Below are positions 32,401 to 43,800 of a stretch of DNA of 64,000 bases, in pieces. Within the stretch, counting starts at the first letter, position 1; every line of letters starts with the position of its first letter. The DNA is taken from assembly GCA_004431415.1 (NCBI GenBank), contig QPMI01000435.1, forward strand, positions 62,001-126,000, in the 5' to 3' direction. The DNA comes from Cyanophora paradoxa CCMP329. Lineage: Eukaryota; Plantae; Glaucophyta. The notes under the pieces were generated by a model, which was not told the DNA's origin, made no database searches, and was given only the letters and a program-made list of their open reading frames with translations. The position numbers and the translations under genes were made by a program.

Positions 32401-33380
32401 GTCATCCCGTCGAAGCCAGATTCGGACAAGGTCAAGGCCTAGGGCAGTCCGGTCGGGTCGGCTCCGGTTCCCGCCGTCGTAGATTCGGATCGAGCGTTGT
32501 CTGGGGGCGATGAGAAGGAGGACCCAGTGGTCGGCTGGGTCGCCTTCCCGGTGCGGGAGGCGGGACGGGACCAGAGCGGGGAAGAAAACCATGCGATACG
32601 ACCGTAGTGGTCGTGGTGGCAGATAGTGCAGTGTTTGTGCTGGGTTAAGAGTATGGGGTTGGGCGCCGACACCAGCTGTGGAGATTGCAGTGGGGAGGAA
32701 GCAGACGTCGCCCCCGCGGCACGCCGGTCGGGCTGCCAGGACGTCGAGGAAGGCATCGACCACCCGATCCGGGACTCCACGGGGAAGAGCGCTAGCGATA
32801 GTCCTATAGCTAGTTCGCCCGCCGCTCGGTGCAGGGGGTAGGTCTGTGTATAGGCAGGCAAGGTCTGCAACGTAGAGCGCCGGGGCAGGCGAGCGGGATG
32901 GTCGGCTCTCCGGCGTAGTGTGAGCTCGCGGGTATCCAATGACGGCGTGTTCCGCTGCGTGGTCACCTCGGTTGAGGGCTGGGCCCCAACTGATGCGGAT
33001 TTGGGGAAGCAGGGCTTTCTCGGCCTGCGAGAGAGCTCGAGGGAGGGGCGGCACACGGGGTGGTAGCTGAGGGCTCGTCGCCAATGTTTGCACAGATGAC
33101 ACCGGTGGCAGCGTGGGAGGAGGCATTGAGTCCGCTGCGGGCTCTGGTGAGGACGTGTCGGCGAGCTTGGGTGCCGATGCAGGGCTAGGTGCGGGTGGCG
33201 ACGGGAGCTCCGGTTGTAACGTCGTCACAGTTGGCGGGTCCACGGCAGAGTGGTGGTCATGAGTGGGCCCGGACCAGTCAGCGGGAAAGGAGGGCTTCGT
33301 TGGCTTGTAGCCTTGTCCAGTGAGGCTGAGATCTGAGAGGTAGAGAGCAGCGGCGTACCGGAGCCGGATTGCCGGGAGAA
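29440..33380 (-). CDS. Retrotransposon polyprotein C-terminal part: Ulp1/C48-like protease, last RNase H motif, CCHC zinc finger, C2H2-like finger, Pro/Lys-rich tail
   Basis: DHWVLLLI...IYDG...QIDRSSCGIL; YNDQADRLAK; CPRCRLAEEDFDHIWVC; IWKTRC; CDTC...LRH. Confidence 0.8.
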
Positions 33381-34875
33381 TTGTGCGCGATAATTTGCCG
33401 GGGCAGTCCCAGTCATGCGTGAGATGTAGCCCGATGCAATGTAGTCCGCGGCCGCCAATACTAACAGGGCGTCTTCACCGTGTTCTGCGCCGGGCCAGCT
33501 CGGCGAGTTGAGGGTGCTAGCATCGCAGAACCAGCGAGGGCATTGCGGGGCTGGGCCCCCGGCTTGCTCCTGCCATGCATCTGCCCAGGCTTGAAGCTCG
33601 GGGAGGACATCGGAGCAGGGCATGTGGGAGCCGTCAATAACCCTTATAACTCGGGTGCGTGGAGAGATAAGCGCCAGGCGCCAGTGGCGAAGGAGTGCTC
33701 GACCATCAGGCCCAGGGATGGGCGGGAGGGGGAGCAGGAGGTAGTCAACGTCGTTCGGGCGGAGGGTCGCTTTGTTTGAGCAAATGAACTCTGGAGGGCA
33801 GTCGGGGTCCAGGAGGGCCCGTCTGGCTGCACGGGGAGAGACGAAAATGCAGCTGGGGAGGCCCGGCGTCCGTGCCCGTTCCTGCGCAGCTCGGCGGGCG
33901 ACAAGGCGGAGGAACGCAATTACGTGCTGCTCGTGAAGGGGCATTTCTTGTAAGAGGAGCGCAGATGCGGCTTCATGGTCGGAGAGCGTGAGGGGGTTAC
34001 GCATAGATGCCGCCTGCACTTGCTGGCGTAGAGTTGGCGGTAGCGGCGCGGCGCGGAAATTTGGGTATGCGGCTGAGACTCCCACGGTGGGCGGTGACGG
34101 ATGGTATGCACGGATTGCGTCTGCTTCTGTGAATTTGCCATGCGAAGGCCGTTCGGGCAGGATTGGGCTAGGAGTGTTGGGCAGAACTGACGGGTGGCAT
34201 AAAGTGCAGAGGGGGGCTGGGCCCGCTCGCCAATCCTGAAGTACAAAATCAAGGGAAGTGCACGGGCGGTCCGGGTCGCAGCGGTGATACGCTGCAGTGG
34301 GGTCGTTGGGGGACAGGGGCAGGTCCTCGTCCCAGTGCCAAGCGGGGTGCTCAGCCGGGAATGAGCCATTTTCAGCCATCTGCCATCGAGACGGCGAGGC
34401 GAGCCAGGTAGTCTGGTCGCGCCGGGCCCCAGTCGAGGACGGAGGGCCAGTGAGGGGGTAATCCCGGCGTGCATTCGCGCGGACTGCGAGTGCATCCCAG
34501 TACTCCGTGCGTGACGGGCCCGTTGTTGGGAGAGACACATCGACTTCGGGCCAGAATATTGGGTTAATGGGGGAAGTGCAGTGGAGACTGATACGAGTGC
34601 GATACCGAATCGGAAGGGCGGCAAGCCAGGGTGCGTAGCGGCGTAGGAAGTCAGCTGGAGCTGTAATCACGAGAGACTTTTCAGGCAGCACTCGTGTGTG
34701 GGCCCTCGGGATGCGGATAGCAGTTTCCCAGATTATGCATTGCTCGGCAGGGTGTGCTGCCAGATCGGGGGCAGCTGCAGCAAGGTCAAGTAGGAGGTGG
34801 TGCGGCGTTCCAAATTGCGCAAGTTCTATGATTTCAGGGTTCGCCAAGTATTGTTCGTATTCGCCAAGCGTTTGG
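33380..34875 (-). CDS. Retrotransposon polyprotein middle part with a degenerate Ulp1-like domain
   Basis: HVIAFLRLV...YLLLPL...RHWRLALISPRTRVIRVIDG with no Gln/Cys motif (HGEDALLV). Both flanking frameshifts are repaired by adding one base. Confidence 0.65.
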
Positions 34876-37800
34876 GGGCAATATAAACGTGGGCACGCCC
34901 CTCGTCATCTGGGGGCCCATCATGGAGGTAGGCAATGGGAATATTTAGTCCTCCATAGACACTGCGATATTCCCGGGCTGCAGCCTCCGATGGAGAGGGC
35001 TGGCTGCGTGGAGGCGGGGCGGGGCCAGGGCGCGCGACATAGGGGCGGGTGGCGTCGAAAGGCATACGTGGCGGGGCAGCTGCAGCCCTTGAGGGCTGGC
35101 GGGTTAGTACCGGGTGGGTTAGTCGGGTCTCGAGCTCTGTTATAGGGATGGTTTTCGGCTCGTGGGCTGGGGTCCAGGTTAGAGTCGGGAGGGGGGCGTA
35201 GCCAGCGCGTTCGCGGGCTGCAACAATTGCACGTATTGCAAGAATCGTGTCGCAGTATGGGCTGCGGAGAATTTTCCGAAGGAGAAGAGGGCATCCCGTG
35301 AGGCAAAAGCGCAGCAGAATCGAGATTGTGCCTTTGCTGTCTAGGGTGAGGGTGCCTCCCTCCTTGCCGAGGTACGTGAACGCGAGCATGACAGCCTCGA
35401 GCTCGCCGAGGCCGATGTTATATTGGACTCCACTGACACGAGCTGAGAAAGTAACTGTGGAGAGCAGCTGGGGGTTACGGGCTGCAGGGATGACAACTCC
35501 AAACGTCGTTCTGACTGTGGATTTCCCCGCGTGTCTAGTGCTCCCGTCTGTCCAGATTGAGGTTGCGAGGGCATCGGATGCTGGCGCGTGTGTAGCCTCG
35601 ATCACCCGAGCTAGTGCCGCCGGCGGCTTCGTTGTGTTCCGGTGGGCCGATGGAATAAGACATGGATTTAGGTCTTCACGTCGCGCGGAGGGGGGGGGCT
35701 TTGCTTCAGCCACGTCGAGCTGCACTGCTTCGTCCTGGAATTCTTCCCACCAGGGGGCCAGCTCGAGCCAGATGGAGCGGGCGGCCCCCTCGGGTACTTC
35801 GTAGTAAATCGAGCGGGGCTGTGCGTGTACCTCGGCGCCCTCTAGATCTGAATCCGAGTCGTGCACCGGCCGCGGGGGCAGGGATCGGATTCGGCGTGGG
35901 CGGGGGCCGGAGGCTAAGCGGAAGTCTTGGCGGTTCGTCGGAAGCCCGACAAAGGCTAGCTGTTTGTTTAGCCTTGCGAGCCGTTTCTGTGCCGCAGTCG
36001 AGAGTCTTTGGGTCAACGTCGGGTTTGCAGGTGGGAGAGCTTCAGAGGCGGGCTTGTTTCGTTTGTTGAGCGCCCGTGGGGGGACGAACGGCCCGTCGGC
36101 TGCACGACGAGAGCGCTTGGAGGGATGCCCCGGCGGTCCTGCATCAGCGATGCGGGCCACTCGTACATGGGTGGCCCATTCGTGCCATTCGCACACATCA
36201 GTAGCCAGGCCGAGGTGCTTGTGCAGGCCAGCGCTGCCGCAGTATGATGGCGCTGGACAGGGGACAAAGCAGGCCTTTTCGTCATCGGTCCCTGCGATAA
36301 TTTCATTGCGTTCGCGGAGCTCAGAGTCGTCGAGCCGCCAGTGGCGCAGGTGAACCATGTAGACCTTTTCAGTCTCCGCTGTTGCCTCTGGATCAAGGTT
36401 CGCAGCCTCCGGGTCTGCTATCAGGGGCGTGGATACGACCTCGGCTAGGTAGCCCGCTGAAGTCCAGACCAGTGTGCCGGGGGTGAGCTTGGCGATGAGG
36501 GGGCTAGCGCGGACTGCTTGGCGAATATCAAGGGGACGGGAGAGTAGGGGCATGCAAAATTCTGCGCGGATCGGGCGGGGCCAGGTGGGGCCCTCCGCTT
36601 CGTCAAAATGTGCGCGTTCAGACAGTTCTTCGCGTAGCCAATCCCACCATTCCGGCTGTTTGCGTTTTGTGTAGGGGACGCGGCAAAGCTGCCAGAGCTC
36701 TGACCAGGTTGGGATGCAGACTTCGCCATGAATCTGAACTGTGATGTGGGCCATCGTGAAGAGGCCACATTCCATGAGAAAGACGCCAGCCTTGGCTAGA
36801 AGGGCGGGAGAAAGTTGGGAAGCCAGGATGAACCGACGGTCAAGTTTAGCTTCTGTCCCTGAGAGGCCTAGCACCCATCCGTTCGCTGCAAGCGTCGTCC
36901 AGTTGGCGAAGGCATGATCAGACGCGGCTAGAGCCCGTGTAATGGACAGGCACAAATGTGTGTCCTCTTGCCGGGAAGTTGGTGTGAAATTCGAGTATTC
37001 GTAGGGGAGCAGGCAGAGCCCGTGTCGGGCTTGGGTATCCAGTATGCGTTGGCGGTGGAGCTGTCCAATGAGGGAGTCCGGGAGAAAATAAGCTGTCTCG
37101 AGCCGGAGCCGCTCGTCGAGTGTCTGAGACTGGAGCAGGAGCGTGGAGACATGGCGCAGCTGGTAAAGAAGGTAGAGTGCTGGTGTACTGGTTGACTTAG
37201 CGTGGCCTGCGGCGTGTCTAAACACTTCGGACCAAACTCGCTCCAGCTGTGCACAGCGGGCTGCACTGAGCGTCATGATTCGCATCGGGTAGGCCAGTTT
37301 AGGATAGATAACGCGGTGTAAAACAGTGCGAAATTCGTCAACGGAGAGATATTTTGGGCCGAGGAGGTGCATTGCGGTGCGTGCATGTGAGAGGAGGAGG
37401 CGAAATTGGTGCCCCCAGTCAAGCGATGCTGTGAAAAATACTCCAAGGATTCGGAAGGCATCATTTGGTTGATGGATGGTGCCGATGGGCTCGGCTTGGG
37501 GTCCCAAGCCCACTTTGATCGGTGCAAGTGTAATCGGGCGCGATGGCCGCCAGTCCGGTCGCCAGAAAGCTACCTCGCTCTTCTTTGCATTCAGGCGGAT
37601 GTTATGAATGTGTAGGAATTCTGAGAGCCACTGAAAGAAGCGCTGGAGGGTGTGTGGGGAGTCTGCAAACATCGTTGTATCGTCCGCGTAGGCCAGGATC
37701 GATAGGAACGAGCGGGGCCCAGCTGGAACTTTATAGGTCTCCCCGGGTCGCGCGGCGCCTGTGGTGCCTGGGACAAAATCACGGAGCTTCCCGGAGGAAG

Positions 37801-40800
37801 TACCTGGGAGGGGGCCCATGCGGTACCCAATATTGGCTGCCCGTGCTTCTTCATCGATTGCTGTGAGCACCGTGTCATAGAAGATGCGCCAGTGGAGGGG
37901 GGCTTCAATCCCTCCCTGCGGCAGGCCGCAGCGAACTTGGAACCATTCTGTACGGCCATGGGGCGTAAGGATGGCGGCCGTGCGGTGTCGAGCTGCGTAG
38001 GCGTGGAGTTGGATGTATGCGCGGCCAGCCGGATGCTCGTGCATGCGTAGCCGGCGGAAGCTGGCTTCCATGCTTTCCCAGGAGACGCTGTCGTACGCGC
38101 TAGCTATGTCACCAAGGCCAATGTATATTGGTTTGCGGTGGTCATGGGCGTCCTCAAGGGCTGCGCGGACCGCGTACAGGACTGGGTCGGTAGATTCGTG
38201 TCGACGGAAGCCGTAGTTGGGTCCTCGCAGGATCTGGTGGTCTTCCAGACGGGAATCGAGCCTGTCGGTGAGGATGCCCGTGACAAGCTTCCAGAGAACT
38301 TCCTGTAGCGTGATTGGGCGGAGGGAGCCTAGATCAGTAGCGTTGTCGCGTTTGGGGATGGTAAAGACCTGTCCGCGGAGAAGATGGTCGCATATATGGC
38401 CTTCAAGCGTGGCTTTGACGATCGCCTTTATGACCTCGCGGGAAGTGGTCCAGAAGTCGGTACTGGCCCATGCATCAACTTCGGCGTGGCTGTGCTTAAG
38501 GGTGAGAAGCTGACGATCAGCTTTTGAGAGGTGCGGGGGGAAGAATATCATTTTAAGCATGCCATTAGTGAGACCCGACGGGCCGCCGGCTCCGTCTGAT
38601 GTGGCTGCAAGGCGGGCTGAGAGTTCGCGATCTTCTGGCATGTCCGTCATGCCGTCGAATGCAGCAAGCTGAACGTGTGGGAGGGGTGCATATTGGCGGA
38701 TCCAGTGTTCCGCGCGTTCGGGGTGCAAAGCCAGGCGAGCACGGATGCGCTCTGGTGTGACGGCGGCATCACGTGGGTACCAGAATCTCTCATCGAAAAA
38801 TTCTTTATATTCGGTCAGCACCGCTTGCGGCGCCGTTATGACGTGCACGATGCCTTCCACCAGTTTTGTGAGGTACGGCTTGACAGTGCTTCTGAATTTG
38901 TCGAACAGAATCTGGATCGCTTGCCCCATCGAGGACGAGCGGGAGAGCATGTGACGTCGGGCATCGATGTCGCGGGATAGTTTGTCGGTCTGGAAGCCCC
39001 GGCGGTGTGCATCAAGAGCTGCCATATTGCGGTTTGTCCAGGAGGTTAAAGCTGCGAAGTAGCGCGACCAGCATTCTTCAGGAGTCGCACGGTCGGAGGC
39101 GCCTGGGAAAATTGGGGCAGCTTCTCGGGGGACGGGATAGTAATGGAATTCCGTCTCTGGGCGCTGGGCTACTTCAAAATTATGGAATTCAACCGTCTGT
39201 TCGAGCTGTGTAAGGTAGTGTAGTGGGGAGGATCTGGAGCCGTCGGCACTGTCAGGAGCTAGTGCCGGTGGGGGGCCAGACGTGTCGGCGTGGCGTGCCC
39301 AAGCTGAGAGGCATCCCTGGACCTGAAGCAGGATGCCGGAGTCCTGGTCCTTCGCTCCTGGGGTGAATATGCTGGGGGTCCGGTCGCGGCGCTGGCGGTA
39401 TTGGAGGAGCTGGGCCTCACTGAGGTCGGGCGACTCGGCCGCGTATTTAACCGCTTCCACGAGGGCGTGCATGAGCGTGCGGACTGCCCGCTTGACCCGC
39501 CTAGGGTAATTTGGATGCGTCCGCTGTTGTTCCGTGGGGCGGAGGATGAGGTTGACTTGGTGCGAGGATCGGGCCAGCCAGGTCTGGACGTGCATCTTTG
39601 CCCTGACGCGCGTCTCTGCCGGTTGCGCCAGGTAGGTGAAAGCTGGGGGAAGGGGCTGGGTTTGAGGGCGTACGCTGGGGCGGACCGCGTTCCCTTCGTT
39701 ATCTAGCGAGGGGAGAAGGCCCTCGATGTTGAACGAGGTGATCACGGGGAAGTGGTCAGAGCGGATTGCAGTCAGGACTCGGGCAGTGTAGAGTGTGCGA
39801 GTAGCCTGCATGCGCGCTGCCAGAGCTTCGGATGCAAGAATCCCGTCCAGTCGCGCAGCCGTGTGGAGGCGCTGCGGGGCTGGGGTGTCTGGGCCTTCGT
39901 TCTGGGGCCGAGCAGCTTTAACCCAGGTTATATCGCCTGGAGTACCGAGGTCGATCAGCCGCCAGTCGTGGAGCAGCGTTGTCCAGAAATCCCGCTCAGG
40001 GGCTGATTTGCGGGCTCGGGCCGTGGAGATGCGGTCGCGGCGAGGGTCATGGACCGCATTGAAGTCACCCATTAGCAACAGTTCGGTGTGTTTGAAATCC
40101 TTGTGTCGCCAGTCATTCAGGACAGTTGTCGTTAGATATTCCATGACGTCGTCTAGTTCGCTCTGGGGAAGTGAGCGATGAGGCATGTACACGTTCAAGA
40201 CAAGGAGCCGCTCGGCTGGAGATTTCTGATAGAGAACGCCAATTAGACGGCCGGGGACCGCATACGTTTTGACAATGTCGTGTTTGAATCGGTTGTGCAC
40301 CCAAAGGGCCACGCCTTTGCCTCGTCCGGCCTCGTCGGCGTTGGTGGGGCCTGAAACATAGAGAGTGCCCTCGGGGCGGATGCGGTGTATGGCGCGTACA
40401 AGTCCTTGCATTCGTGCGCCTGGCAGGCTGAGTTCTTGGAAAGCTACGAAGTCCGCGGCCCAGGTCCCCACGGTTTCGTTGAGGGCCGCTAGGAGGCGGT
40501 CTGCCGGGTCACGTAAGGTCTCGAGCAGTCCCTGGACATTCCAAGTGACGCAGCGAATCTCAGAGTTGAGCCGTGGGCAGGCCGCAGAGGGGCTGCTCGA
40601 GGTCCGGCCCCGGAGGACGAAGCGGCGCTCATCGGTCGAGCGAGGGTATATGGCGGTGTTCTGATAGAAATTAGGCGGGTACAGGTCCGCAAGCGAGAGG
40701 GGGGCTTGAGGCGGCGGCTGGTCGCTCGCAGGGGCGGGGTCGGTGCTGTCGTCGTTTATAATTAGGTCTCCGGATTCCGGGGGGTCCGCTTCGAGGTCCC

Positions 40801-43800
40801 CCCACGGCGCTGGTAAGGGGCCGGCGGGGGCGTCGCTGTCAGATGAGTGAAGCGTGGCCATGTCCGAGTGCCAATCGTCGGCTGAGAGGCCTTGTTCTCC
40901 GCTTGCAGAATTGAGGAAACCGGGACGCAGCCCTGCAAAGGGGCGGCGCGCCGTTTTAGTCGGGGGCGGGTATGAGGGGCCGGCGTCGTCGGCGTCGGCC
41001 GCATTGTCTACGTCCGTGTCCGTGTCCTCGTCTTGGTCTGGCCATGGAGAGATCGAGATCTCGGGGGGTGCGCAGTCGTCGGGGTCCGAGTCGTAGGGCT
41101 CGAGATCTGCGGATCCAGACGCCCGCGGTCGGGTGTCGACTAGGTCAGGGAGTTCAGCTTCGAAATCGGCAGTGTCACGTGCGGCGAGTGCGGTGGCCAT
41201 CGATGCTGCTGCCGGTACAAGCAGGGCCGCGGTCGCCGACGACGGGCCCGCACGCGTCGATTCAGGGCAAGATGCTGGGGCTGCGAGGGATGTCTCAAAC
41301 AGGAGGAAGAGTATAAGCAAGGATAAGAGGCGCCTGCGAAGTGCGCTGTGCGTCAAGCATGCGCGGCCGACAGCGCGTGTCCGGTTTGGAGTACTACAGT
41401 GGGGCGTGATTCGGGCGGCGCTCATCGTGAAGGCTGCGGCGAGCGTTGTCGCAGCATTCTGGGCATCACCAGCAATTGCTCTTGCCAGGGAGAGGCTAAT
41501 GCGGAGGGGGTCCCGCAGCGGGGCCCAAGCCAGCACCGTTATCACGTCTCCTGCTGTAAGAGGTCTCAGGGGGAGAGGGCGGCGAGGGCGTGGCGCCCGC
41601 AAGGCGGGACAGGGGCGCCGCGGGCTCCTAGGGTAGAGCAGCCTTGTGACCGCACGGGCGGCCAAGCGACGTGCGAGGAGCACGAGCGTAACGCAGGCGT
41701 AGAGGAGAAGCAAAATTGTCCAGGTTATCAGTGCACTGAGGGCGTAGGCGGGGAGCGTGAATGCTAGGAGCAGCCCGATGGCGACTGGGACGAGCAAATT
41801 CTGCGCCCTTGGCGCAAGGAGGCGTAAGCTCATCGCCGCCTGTGCAGAGGCCAGGGCGGTCGCGGACACTGCAAGGATGGCTGTGAGGCCGGCAAGAGGC
41901 AAGAGTCCGTAGAGGGCTCGCGACGGGAGGCCAGCGTCCAGCTTGGAAACCGCTGAGCGTGTGCACGCGCTGGCGTGTACGGCGCCTTTCTGGAATCCGA
42001 GCGCAATGTGTCGTCGGGCAGCCGCTGCGAACAGGGAGGCGAGCTCGAGGAGAGAAGTGGCTCGGTTTAGGCGTCGGCTGAGGGCCACGGCCGCCGCATC
42101 AGTGAGTCGCCAGCGGCGGCGCCATATCTTGGTCAGGGACCAGAGTAGGCGGTCCCAGGGTGAGGGGCACCAGTCTGCTTTGGCTTCGCGGGGCCGGGGG
42201 CCGAACCAGAGGGCGCTGCGAGGGGGGTTGAGAGTGGCTCTAATCGTGGAGCGGATAGAGCTGCCGAGGCGCCGCAGCCTTTCAGCTCCCTCGTCGATGC
42301 CTGCCAGCGGGGCGAGGGCTACTAGAAGAAGGAGGAGACCCCCCAGGGAGAGTCCGGTCCGAAGATGGGAGGCCGCGGGCTTGCGAGGCAGGTCTCTGGG
42401 CGGGGAGAGGAGTAGCTGCGCGCGGCGAGGGGACAGCACTTGCAGGCGGAGGGTCGATCCGTGCCCGTCCTGTGCCTGCAATTGTGCATGTGAAGTCATC
42501 AAATTCATCGATATAGGTGCGTCCGCGTTGAGTAGCCCGAGCAGCCGGCTAGAGAAGGAGAGCAGGAGCTCATTTTCGAGGTTGTCCCCTACACGGGCTT
42601 GAGAGGAGAGGTACAGCAGAAGACCGTATAGGCGGAGCATCGCGGGCAAGATCTCGAGGGCGACTAGATATAGAGGCGTCGAGTAAAGAGGCCGGGCAGT
42701 ATCCCGGGGGCTACGGGCTTCAGGGCGGGGATGGTTGCTGTAGCTACATTCGTGAGCCGAGCAGTGAAAGTCTGGCCGAGGCCTCCGACTGGTGGTGTTC
42801 CGCTTGCCAGCGCGCACGCCATCATCCCAAAGGCCTGGCGTCGACGCCCAGGCCGGTTCTGTGAGCGTGCGTTCTAGTAAACAGGCTGTACCTAGCCCTG
42901 GCGCACTAGAGCCAGTCTGCCTGGCATCTGGCATGTTAATGTACCGGGCTGACTGTGATTGGGGTTTGGCGAGCCAATCATGTGCGAGGGCGGACTCGGC
43001 TGGAAATGAGTTTTGTTCTCGTCTGACCGATGCCTCCCGGTACACCCGGAACGCCGGCGAGGAGAGGGGGGGAAGAGGCGCACCCGGGGTAGGATCGAGC
43101 GGCTCGCCCGGGCGCCTGCATGTGCGCCAGCGTCGGCGGCCCTGTGCGTGTGGTGAGGCGCTCGAGCTACTTAGTAGCGCCCAAGTTAGCTTCTGGATTG
43201 CTGGGGTCCGTTCGGGCTGCTTCCGAGGCCCGTCAGCTGCAACCGCTGTCCGGGGGTCGTGGTAGCCTGCCCGGGCAGTGCATAAGTCATCTGTGCTCTC
43301 CTTGCCGAGGCTAGGCCGCACGACATGCGCATGACAGGGCTCAGACGCAGTGTGGTGGTCATGCGCATAACAGGCGCGTTGCGACGGAGCGCGCCCTCCC
43401 GCCTGCATTGACATGTGACCAGCAGCTACGATGCGTCCGAAGGGCTCTACTAGTGCCGAACGACGAGTTCCTGCCGGGGCACGCATCGCTTCGGGCGGTA
43501 GGGCCGACCGCGCTGGAGGTTCGCAAGGTGCCGTCGAGCTCCGGATGGGCACCGTTTTCGATGCCAAGCTGAGCCGTACGCTAGCGCACTGGTCGAGGTG
43601 TGCGACCGCCGGGGCAGGAGCGGCGGGGACCGCGGGCAGCTCCGTTGTAGGATTGAGCCGCGCGTGCGGGCGGAGGTGCGCAGCCGACGAGGCGGGAGCG
43701 GCTGGAGCACCCCGAGGGTGTCGGGCGGGCGAGGGCGACTGTTCGGGCGCTCGGCGGGGGCGCTCGGCGCTCCACGCTTCGTTCGCGATTACGGTGAGCG

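Noticed and set aside
22740-40560. Diversity-generating retroelement (fibre gene near an RT)
   Set aside because: The RT is LINE-type with APE and RNase H, lies outside the viral TIRs, and no template/variable repeat pair was seen.
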